Below are positions 1-7,099 of a DNA stretch of 64,000 bases, piece after piece. The DNA is from Candidatus Micrarchaeia archaeon (GTDB taxonomy: Archaea; Micrarchaeota; Micrarchaeia; Anstonellales; Bilamarchaeaceae), in NCBI GenBank assembly GCA_050303335.1, contig JBNLBN010000001.1:42239-106238 (forward strand). Reading direction: 5' to 3'. A program made the position numbers and the translations under genes. The notes under the pieces were generated by a model, which was not told the origin of the DNA, searched no databases, and saw nothing but the letters and a program-made list of their open reading frames with translations. Positions within the stretch are counted from its first letter, which is position 1. The number at the start of each line of letters is the position of its first letter.

Positions 1-277
1 CGAAGACCACCTTCGATATTCCCGCCTTTATTATCGCTTCGGTGCACGGAGGGGTCCTCTTCTTCTTGTGCGAGCAGGGCTCCAGAGTTACATAAAGAGT
101 TGCTCCATTGGCATTGCTTCCGGCAGCTTTGAGGGCAGCTATCTCAGCATGATCCTCCCCTGCCTTTTTGTGGTATCCCTTCCCGATGATCTTCCCGTCC
201 TTGACAATCACCGCACCTACCTTCGGGTTCGGGTACGGATCCGCTTTTTTGGACAGGGCGATTGCTTTTTCCATCAT
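1..277 (-). CDS. ribD: Riboflavin biosynthesis protein RibD, pyrimidine deaminase domain (5' part; runs off the window)
   Basis: Not in the ORF track. Minus-strand translation from ATG 277 gives MMEKAIALSKKADPYPNPKVGAVIVKDGKIIGKGYHKKAGEDHAEIAAL...TLYVTLEPCSHKKKRTPPCTEAIIKAGISKVVF, with the HAE and PCx(n)C zinc-deaminase motifs and the RibD-typical PNPxVGAV and TPPC. Confidence 0.93.
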   Translation of the reverse strand, partial: MMEKAIALSKKADPYPNPKVGAVIVKDGKIIGKGYHKKAGEDHAEIAALKAAGSNANGATLYVTLEPCSHKKKRTPPCTEAIIKAGISKVVF

Positions 278-307
278 AATATTAATTCTATTATCAGATA
301 TCAATAT

Positions 308-1150
308 ATGCGCTTCTTGGTCCTGGTGTTCGTACTTATTGTGCTTGCAGCAACGCTTCCGGTGATATTTTTGATCGGACCCCAGCTTGATCTTTCTGTA
401 CTGGAAGAGCCTTCGCATCCGCCGGCAAAAAACATAACTCCGGCAGATCCTGATGCCGTAAGGTACTTCGAACTCAAGAACCGTTCATGCGAAACGCTTT
501 CGAAAGATTTCTACATTGCTACAAGGGACATATCAGTTGCACATATCGAGGGCATAACTTCACAGTCAGACGTGGAGGAACAGGCGGCCCGCTCAATTGC
601 CGATTCATTCAACTACAACGAGAGCAGGCGCACATATGTCAAAGGCGACTGGATGAAGATTTCGAATTCCACGGCTACAAGGATCTGGAAGCAGGGGAGG
701 TACTATTTTTGCACAAAAAACTGCACGATGACCCTCCTTGACGAGGGACTTTCAAACCAGTATTATGACATGCTCTATGAACTGCGCACAAACTGCAGGT
801 ATTTTGCAAAGACGGAATTTCCAAGCATAACGGACTATATCCGGATAGAGAAAACAGGCGAAAGGACGATAAACGGCAACAGGTGCGATTATTTCGAGAT
901 CACCCCTGGCCAATTCCCGCAGAACCTCACTCAGAAACAGGACCAGCTGGTCTGGGGGCTCTCAAGGCTGAAAGGTCCGATCCACGAATGCCTCGACGAG
1001 TCGACAGGAATAGTTGTTTACAGGAACCTTACCCTGGATCTTTCTGACGAGTACATTTTCGATGTTGATGAATTCACGGTAAGCCAGGAAACTGTGCTCG
1101 AAACGTTTAGGCGGAATGTCCCGGACGAGTTCTTTGCTATTCAGAACTGA
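308..1150 (+). CDS. Membrane-anchored/secreted hypothetical protein, possibly LolA-like beta fold
   Basis: ATG 308 is followed by a hydrophobic N-terminal anchor (MRFLVLVFVLIVLAATLPVIFLIG). Cys pairs and the pattern GERTINGNRCDYF...CLDESTGIVV are present. The upstream in-frame extension overlaps ribD and is rejected. Confidence 0.7.
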   Translation: MRFLVLVFVLIVLAATLPVIFLIGPQLDLSVLEEPSHPPAKNITPADPDAVRYFELKNRSCETLSKDFYIATRDISVAHIEGITSQSDVEEQAARSIADSFNYNESRRTYVKGDWMKISNSTATRIWKQGRYYFCTKNCTMTLLDEGLSNQYYDMLYELRTNCRYFAKTEFPSITDYIRIEKTGERTINGNRCDYFEITPGQFPQNLTQKQDQLVWGLSRLKGPIHECLDESTGIVVYRNLTLDLSDEYIFDVDEFTVSQETVLETFRRNVPDEFFAIQN

Positions 1151-1713
1151 TGGCCCATCTTCTCCTTCTTTGTCTTCATGTACGATTCGTTGTACTGGTT
1201 CGTCTTGGTGATCAGGGGGATTCTTCTTGATACTTCTATTCCGCACTCTTCTATTGCCTCGATCTTTTTCGGATTGTTGGTCATAAGCGCTATCTTCCTG
1301 ATTCCGAAATACTTCAGCATCTCTCCTGCAACCCGGTAGTCCCGCTGGTCCTCCCTGAATCCGAGTTTCAAATTAGCATCGACAGTATCCATGCCTTTAT
1401 CCTGCAGGGCATAGGCACGGATCTTGTTTGCAAGCCCTATTCCCCTTCCCTCCTGGTCAAGGTAGATCAGGATGCCGCATTCCTTTTCCTCCAAATATTC
1501 CATTGCAGCCTCAAGCTGTTCCCTGCAGTCGCAGCGAAGAGATGTCAGGGTGTCTCCTGTCAAACATCTGGAATGAATTCTTACAGGAATCTCGTCATGG
1601 ACCGGATGGCTGCACCTTACAAGCGCAAGATGGTCATGCCCATCATCCTCGAATGCATGCACCGTGAATCTTCCGAACCGTGTCGGAAGAAAAGCCTCAT
1701 CTATATGTCTCAT
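1141..1713 (-). CDS. ribA: GTP cyclohydrolase II
   Basis: VRIHSRCLTGD...RCDC zinc ligands, QEGRGIGL, MTNNPKK. Confidence 0.97.
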   Translation of the reverse strand: MRHIDEAFLPTRFGRFTVHAFEDDGHDHLALVRCSHPVHDEIPVRIHSRCLTGDTLTSLRCDCREQLEAAMEYLEEKECGILIYLDQEGRGIGLANKIRAYALQDKGMDTVDANLKLGFREDQRDYRVAGEMLKYFGIRKIALMTNNPKKIEAIEECGIEVSRRIPLITKTNQYNESYMKTKKEKMGHQF

Positions 1714-2582
1714 TCCCTTATCTTCCCCATTATGTCAAGCGTCGCTTCCATCGACCGCCTTGCATATTCCTCTGCCCGCTTTTCTACCTGTTCCCTCGTG
1801 GCATCGTGGCCGATTATACCGAGCGATACCGGTTTTCCGAATCTCAGGCTTAGTTCGGCAAGCTTGTCCGCGCAGACTTTTGTTATAATCTCATCATGCG
1901 CTGTCTCGCCCTTTATCACAGCGCCAAGCGTTGCAACTCCCCGGACCTTCTTATCCATCAGCATTTTTTTCACGATAAGAGGCATATCGAAGACTCCCGG
2001 GACCTCCATAACCTTGGTCTCAAAGCCTGCCGCCTGCGCCATCTGGACCGCCTTATCAAGCATCTTTTTTGTTATGTCGCTGTTGAATTTTGAGACTACT
2101 ATTCCTATTATGAATTTCTCCTCATTGTCCACGGGCCCTTCATCCTCTTTGCCCTGTCTCAGCCCCCGGCCTGCCTGGTGCGTCAGGTGGTCTGGATCCT
2201 GGATTATTTTTACTGCATTGTGCACATGCTTTCTGATCCTGTTCTGGCAGATCTCGACGAATTCCTCCCCGCTCCATGCCTCGTTCTCATGGACGAAGAC
2301 CTCGATGACGTGCTTGTTCGTAAGGAGCTTCACGTGCTGGATCCCTATCGATGCCTCATGCGCGCACTGGGTGTCGATCGGAGCCCCCCCGACCATTCCA
2401 AGGGCCATGCATATGTCATATCCCTCATCCAGGATCCTCTTGCATTCGACAGGCAGGTCCTTTATCCCAGGCACCGTTCGTCTTGCATATTCCACTTTCG
2501 GATAGCTCTTCCTCAATTCGTCTATAGCGATCGCTCCCATGTTCACACGGGCAAAAGTCGTATCAACAATTCCTATCTTCAT
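1710..2582 (-). CDS. ribC-ribH: Fusion of archaeal-type riboflavin synthase (N-terminal) and 6,7-dimethyl-8-ribityllumazine synthase (C-terminal)
   Basis: Residues ~1-150: GIVDTTFARVNM, TVPGIKDLP, EVFVHE, GLRQG (archaeal RibC). Residues ~155-290: IVVSKFN, VPGVFDMP, LGAVIKGETAHD, KPVSLGI (RibH). One uninterrupted ORF. Confidence 0.92.
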   Translation of the reverse strand: MKIGIVDTTFARVNMGAIAIDELRKSYPKVEYARRTVPGIKDLPVECKRILDEGYDICMALGMVGGAPIDTQCAHEASIGIQHVKLLTNKHVIEVFVHENEAWSGEEFVEICQNRIRKHVHNAVKIIQDPDHLTHQAGRGLRQGKEDEGPVDNEEKFIIGIVVSKFNSDITKKMLDKAVQMAQAAGFETKVMEVPGVFDMPLIVKKMLMDKKVRGVATLGAVIKGETAHDEIITKVCADKLAELSLRFGKPVSLGIIGHDATREQVEKRAEEYARRSMEATLDIMGKIRE

Positions 2583-2728
2583 TCAAAACCTACCTCTGCT
2601 TCTCATACGTTGGTTTTCCGACAGTTCCAACGGAACTGTGGACCATTGAAGCTTTGCTTCAATTGGTGTATCCAACCTGAGTCAAAAACCTGCTTATGTT
2701 TTCCTAGGTGGTTTTTGGAATCCACCTG
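2583..2728 (-). other. Structured intergenic/3'-overlapping element with multiple hairpins between ribB and ribC-ribH
   Basis: Perfect hairpins ACAGTTCC-aac-GGAACTGT (2621-2639) and ATTGAAGC-ttt-GCTTCAAT (2645-2663), enclosed by GTTGG/CCAAC and CTCA/TGAG. Further inverted repeats AGGTGG/CCACCT lie at the ribB 3' end. Confidence 0.6.
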
Positions 2729-3335
2729 TTATGTCCTTTCCTTCTATGAATACCAGGTTGTTCTTTTTAGCATATTCCCTTGCCTGGCCCTTTGACAACG
2801 CCTTTCCGGAACCGAGCATCTCGCAGAGGACCATCACTTTCAGGCCGGCCCTCCTTCCCATCTCAAGCGCCAGCTCTGTATGGCCCTTCCTGTTTTCAAG
2901 CCCCCTTCCTATAAGGAGGAACACATGGCCGGGGGAATAGAATTCCTCATTGAATCCCTCCATCCCGCGTTCACATGACTCGTCGATCTTCCTCATTGTA
3001 AGCGACCGGTCATTGTCAGTGATTCCCGTATAGACATTGCAGTGGTTTACGGGAAGCGAAAATGCTGGCTTGTCGCCGTATGCTGTCTGCTTGCAGCTGA
3101 TCCTTTTCAGTTCCAGTTTTTCAAGCATGTCGGTAAAAAACGGCAGGCCGGCTTTTTTTGCATCATCCAGATTTATCGCCGCGCAGATAAGGCCGCCGGC
3201 ATCTTTCCTAAGCCTTTCGATAACTTCCGGGCTCGCGTATTTTGCCCCTATTATCAGGTCAGCCTCCCCCTCCCTCTCATCGCCATCGTAGATCAGGATC
3301 ATCCTGCCTGATTTCAATTCTTCTGCAGCATCCAT
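2694..3335 (-). CDS. ribB: 3,4-dihydroxy-2-butanone 4-phosphate synthase (archaeal type)
   Basis: YDGDEREGEAD, GGLIC, TGITDNDR, PGHV, RKGHTE, LCEML. Confidence 0.95.
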   Translation of the reverse strand: MDAAEELKSGRMILIYDGDEREGEADLIIGAKYASPEVIERLRKDAGGLICAAINLDDAKKAGLPFFTDMLEKLELKRISCKQTAYGDKPAFSLPVNHCNVYTGITDNDRSLTMRKIDESCERGMEGFNEEFYSPGHVFLLIGRGLENRKGHTELALEMGRRAGLKVMVLCEMLGSGKALSKGQAREYAKKNNLVFIEGKDITGGFQKPPRKT

Positions 3336-3380
3336 AACTATGATTTGTTGATCTACAAATAAATAGGTAGCTACCAGTTT

Positions 3381-4169
3381 TTAAGTAACAATCCTTCCTG
3401 TAGGGTCCCGGTGGCTTTTTCCGAATTCCCTGAATGAAAGTGCTTCCTGTGCCGTGAAAACCGGGCCGTCGATACAGCAGAGCTTGCCGTCAATCGCGCA
3501 GGATCCGCATACCCCCACGCCGCATTTCATGTACCTTTCAATAGAAACCTCGCAGAACTTTCCCTTTTCATTGGAAAGTTTTGCAACCGCTTCCATCATA
3601 CTTTCGGGACCGCAGGCATAAACAGCATCCGCCCGGTCGATCAAATCCTCAACCTCGACCATGACATTTCCCTGCTTTCCCCTTGATCCATCATCTGTTG
3701 TGACGTGCACCTTGCTGCAGAGGAACAGCTGCTTTTCCCAGATAATGTCCTTTTCGTTCCTTGATCCGATTACTGAATATGATTCGATCCCCTGCTCTTT
3801 TGCCATCTTGGAGAGGAAGTACATTGGAACAACTCCGTATCCGCCTCCTACGCAAAGGATCTTTTTCGCACCCTGGGGAATCGTGAACGGATTTCCGAAA
3901 GGTCCCCTGTAGGAAATAGAATCCCCTTCCTTCAGTTTCGTAATCTCAGATGAGACCTTCCCGACATTCGCGACTGATATTGTCAGCGGATCGCTGTTTC
4001 CAATCGACATTGGCCTCTCGCCAACACCCGGAATCCAGACCATCAGGAACTGTCCCGGAAGGCACTCCATCCTGTGGTCAATCTCGATTGTCCGGACCCT
4101 GTAATTCTCATCAGTCACCTTAAGGATCCTGCTAGTATGCATGTTGTTCAATATCTCAAACCTGTTCAT
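3381..4169 (-). CDS. pyrK: Dihydroorotate dehydrogenase electron transfer subunit
   Basis: PGQFLMVW, RPMSI, GGGYG, TDDGS, CGP, and the 2Fe-2S motif ERYMKCGVGVCGSC...C..GPVF. Start is uncertain (4169 or 4142). Confidence 0.93.
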   Translation of the reverse strand: MNRFEILNNMHTSRILKVTDENYRVRTIEIDHRMECLPGQFLMVWIPGVGERPMSIGNSDPLTISVANVGKVSSEITKLKEGDSISYRGPFGNPFTIPQGAKKILCVGGGYGVVPMYFLSKMAKEQGIESYSVIGSRNEKDIIWEKQLFLCSKVHVTTDDGSRGKQGNVMVEVEDLIDRADAVYACGPESMMEAVAKLSNEKGKFCEVSIERYMKCGVGVCGSCAIDGKLCCIDGPVFTAQEALSFREFGKSHRDPTGRIVT

Positions 4170-5097
4170 GTGCAGCACCAATTATCTCTTCAAGCTTTCT
4201 GTATCCGTTCAGTTCCATCCAGACATTTATCTCTTCGGCTATCTTCGAAAAAGCATCAAGCCCCCTGTAGTAAACAGCTGTCCCGACGCTTATCCATCGT
4301 GCTCCTGCCATCATCATCTCTATCCCGTCAACACCGGCATTTATCCCGCCCGTTCCGATTATCGGGATCTTCACTGATTCATAAATGTCATATATGCATC
4401 GCACTGCGATCGGTTTTATTGGAGGCCCTGAAAGACCGCCCATCTTGAATCCCAGCATCGGCCTTTTCCTGTGGATGTCAATTTTCATTCCCGGACCGAG
4501 CGAATTTCCCATATTAATGGCATCAGCACCTGAATCCTCTGCAGCAATTGCAGCTTTCACCTCGCCCGGCACCGAGGGAGACAATTTTATGATCAACGGA
4601 AGCTTGCAGTTGTCTTTCACTGAACCTGTAATCTGGCTGACTGATTCAGGAGTCCCCTGCCCGACCATCGTTCCGTATCCGGGAGTATGGGGGCATGAAA
4701 TCACTGCCTCGAGCGCATCCGCCCTGATTCCTGATTCCTCGACCTTTTTTGCAAGGCTGGAAAATTCCGAAGCATCCTTTCCGACAATGCTTATCACGAG
4801 CGCCTCATCCCGCTCCCATCCGTCATATTCCTTCAGCCCTTCGGCTATTCCTGGATTAGGATAGCCCATTGCATTCAGGATTCCGCATTCTGTCTCAACG
4901 ATGTTCGGGCCCTCATGACCTTTTCTCGGCTCCAGGCTCATGGATTTTGTTATGACTCCGCCGCAGCCATAATCACAGACGGATTCAAGGCTTCCTTTCG
5001 TCATGCCATAAATTCCGGAAGCCAAGAAGATCGGGTTTTTTATTTTCTTTCCGAAAAACTCGCTTGAAATATCCATATGATCCATATTCGCTCTCAT
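4156..5097 (-). CDS. pyrD: Dihydroorotate dehydrogenase class 1B catalytic subunit
   Basis: NPIFLASG, NAMGYPNPG, ISCPH, KLSP, GGLSGPPIKPIA, IIGTGG; adjacent to pyrK. Confidence 0.95.
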   Translation of the reverse strand: MRANMDHMDISSEFFGKKIKNPIFLASGIYGMTKGSLESVCDYGCGGVITKSMSLEPRKGHEGPNIVETECGILNAMGYPNPGIAEGLKEYDGWERDEALVISIVGKDASEFSSLAKKVEESGIRADALEAVISCPHTPGYGTMVGQGTPESVSQITGSVKDNCKLPLIIKLSPSVPGEVKAAIAAEDSGADAINMGNSLGPGMKIDIHRKRPMLGFKMGGLSGPPIKPIAVRCIYDIYESVKIPIIGTGGINAGVDGIEMMMAGARWISVGTAVYYRGLDAFSKIAEEINVWMELNGYRKLEEIIGAAHEQV

Positions 5098-5191
5098 AAG
5101 CTAATAAACTTTGTTTTTTCTACAAGTTTTTTTGAATTGCCGCAGTAGCTTTATAAATTTTATAGCAGTAGAAGTTTTCGGTGGGAGTAGA

Positions 5192-5893
5192 ATGAAAAAT
5201 ATAATGCTTGTTTTCTTGATTGGTTCCATCCTCTTGTTTGGATGCACCCAGTCAACAACGGACAAAACCGGAGATAACATGGATAACTCCATGGATACCG
5301 GGGACAATATGGAAGATACCGGAGATTCAATGAATGATACCACGCAAGATTCCGGGGACAATATGGAAGATACCGGAGATTCAATGAATGGTACTGTAGA
5401 CAGTAATGGTGGAACCGGGGGCTCAAATGACCTTCTTGGAAAATCCTTTGCTGAACTATCTGTGCTTGGAATTCCCTTACAATGTGATATCACAGCGTCA
5501 ATCGAAGGACAGACAACCAACACAAAGGTCTATATGAAAGGTGATGATGAGGTAAGGTCTGAAGTCGATATTACAGTATCAAGCGGCTGCGATCAGTTCG
5601 TCTACATCATGAAAAACGGTAAGGTCTACATGGGTTGCGAAGAAGGCGAAGTCTTCGGAGACATCGCGATGTTTGAAGGATGCAACTGGATAGAGTTCGA
5701 GAAACAGGAAGGCACTGTAGAAGGCTCAGAATCCTCATACAGCTATTCGGCCTCGACTCCTGACTTCGGATCCGTTCCGGATTCTGATATCAGCTGCGTT
5801 CCATGGCTATACGATGCATCCAAATTCGATACACCCGGGAAGATCTGCAACATTGAGGAGATAATGTCCCAGCAGGGAACGACCTTCCCCTAG
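5192..5893 (+). CDS. Putative lipoprotein with acidic low-complexity repeat linker
   Basis: MKNIMLVFLIGSILLFGC lipobox-like signal, a D/T/G/M/N-rich repeat region, then a Cys-containing beta-rich domain. Confidence 0.75.
   Translation: MKNIMLVFLIGSILLFGCTQSTTDKTGDNMDNSMDTGDNMEDTGDSMNDTTQDSGDNMEDTGDSMNGTVDSNGGTGGSNDLLGKSFAELSVLGIPLQCDITASIEGQTTNTKVYMKGDDEVRSEVDITVSSGCDQFVYIMKNGKVYMGCEEGEVFGDIAMFEGCNWIEFEKQEGTVEGSESSYSYSASTPDFGSVPDSDISCVPWLYDASKFDTPGKICNIEEIMSQQGTTFP
5298..5390 (+). repeat. 39-bp intragenic direct repeat, 2 copies, 54-bp period
   Basis: ccggggacaatatggaagataccggagattcaatgaatg at 5298-5336 and 5352-5390, encoding GDNMEDTGDSMN twice. Confidence 0.9.
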
Positions 5894-5899
5894 ATGCTC

Positions 5900-5974
5900 A
5901 TGGCGGGGTAACCACCTTTCCACCCACCCATCCCTCCTTCTGGTCATTGGTGGTGGCCCCCCATTTCATTTTTT
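5900..5974 (+). terminator. GC-rich stem-loop with large C-rich loop followed by a T-tract
   Basis: ATGGcGGGGtaACCACC (5900-5916) pairs with GGTGGTggCCCCCCAT (5949-5964), followed by ttcatttttt. Confidence 0.55.
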
Positions 5975-6061
5975 CTTCGAAGAACACAAGTATTAAATGC
6001 TCTTCGACATAGCTAGTCTTTTTATACCTTCTTTGATATCACTTCATAGGGTGAGTCCCAT

Positions 6062-7090
6062 ATGTTTGATGATATTATAAAATCAGCAAAAGAGGGTCCA
6101 AATACTTCTGATCTGGATAATGCAACTATTAGGATTTCTGTAATTGGTGTCGGGGGAGCCGGATGCAACTGTGTCAACCGGATTTACAACGGCGGAATAA
6201 GAAGCGCAAAGACGATGGCAATTAACACTGACGGGAAGCACCTGAACATGATCAATTCCCATAAGAAAATACTCATTGGAAAGACCATCACGAGGGGCCT
6301 TGGGGCCGGTGGTGACGCCTCGATTGCAAAGAAATGCGCCGATGTCGATGCCCAGATGCTCCGGAATGAAATAGGAGAAAACGAGATCGTCTTCCTTTGC
6401 GCTGGTATGGGCGGTGGTACAGGTGGAGGTGCTGCTGCACCGATTGCAAAGATCGCAAAAGAACAGGGTGCGACCGTAATTGCCATGGTCACATATCCGT
6501 TTGCGCTGGAGCGTGTCAGGATAAAGAAGGCGCAGGAATCGCTACAGGAACTTGTCAAGGTCTGCGACACAGTGGTCGTAATAGACAACAACAGGCTTGC
6601 TGCATATGCCCCGAACCTTCCGATCAACAAGGCATTCGAACTTGCGGATTCGATTACTACCAGGGCCGTTACCGGAATATCAGATACCATTATGTTCCCG
6701 AGCCTCATAAACGTCGACTATGCTGATGTGCAGAACGTCATGGCAAACGGAGGCCTTTCGATGATCAGCCTGGGCAAAGGTTCCGGCCATGACAAGGTCG
6801 AAAACGTAGTCAAGGACACGCTGGAGCATCCGCTTCTTGATGTTGATTACGAGGGAGCAAAAGGCTGCCTCATCCACCTTGAAGGGGGAGCCGACCTGAC
6901 ACTTGGCGATGCAATCAAGGCCGGAGAGCTCCTTACCCAGAGCTTTGACGAAGAGTCAAATATCAAGATGGGCGCAAGGATCAACCCAAACCTGAATGAT
7001 GCGATCACCATGACAGCAATAATCACAGGAGTCAAGTCTCCGTATATCCTTGGCAAGGAAGAAAAAGAGGACAACCTCGATTTCCTGTAG
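6062..7090 (+). CDS. ftsZ: Cell division protein FtsZ
   Basis: GVGGAGCN, INTD, tubulin signature GMGGGTGGG, INVDYAD; GGTGA Shine-Dalgarno upstream. Confidence 0.97.
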   Translation: MFDDIIKSAKEGPNTSDLDNATIRISVIGVGGAGCNCVNRIYNGGIRSAKTMAINTDGKHLNMINSHKKILIGKTITRGLGAGGDASIAKKCADVDAQMLRNEIGENEIVFLCAGMGGGTGGGAAAPIAKIAKEQGATVIAMVTYPFALERVRIKKAQESLQELVKVCDTVVVIDNNRLAAYAPNLPINKAFELADSITTRAVTGISDTIMFPSLINVDYADVQNVMANGGLSMISLGKGSGHDKVENVVKDTLEHPLLDVDYEGAKGCLIHLEGGADLTLGDAIKAGELLTQSFDEESNIKMGARINPNLNDAITMTAIITGVKSPYILGKEEKEDNLDFL

Positions 7091-7099
7091 GTGTAGCAA

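Noticed and set aside
68..307. N-terminal extension of the 360-aa ORF 68..1150
   Set aside because: It is antisense to the clear ribD coding sequence; ATG 308 followed by a hydrophobic anchor is the plausible start.
1573..2505. Long antisense ORFs (also 30232-31053, 39660-40556, 61024-61860, 62710-63618 and many shorter ones)
   Set aside because: They shadow well-supported genes on the opposite strand and show no recognisable motifs.
2583..2728. Canonical FMN (RFN) riboswitch
   Set aside because: The conserved RFN sequences (AGGGC.GGG.GAAA.TCCC.ACCG, GGATG.GAG) are absent.
1710..3335. RibB-RibC-RibH triple fusion, since ribB and ribC are in the same frame
   Set aside because: Three in-frame stops separate them and ribC has its own SD. 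No splice I could draw removes the TGA at 2583-2585 while keeping the frame.
5270..5400. CRISPR-like repeat
   Set aside because: Only two copies, in-frame within a CDS, with a 15-bp spacer and no cas genes.
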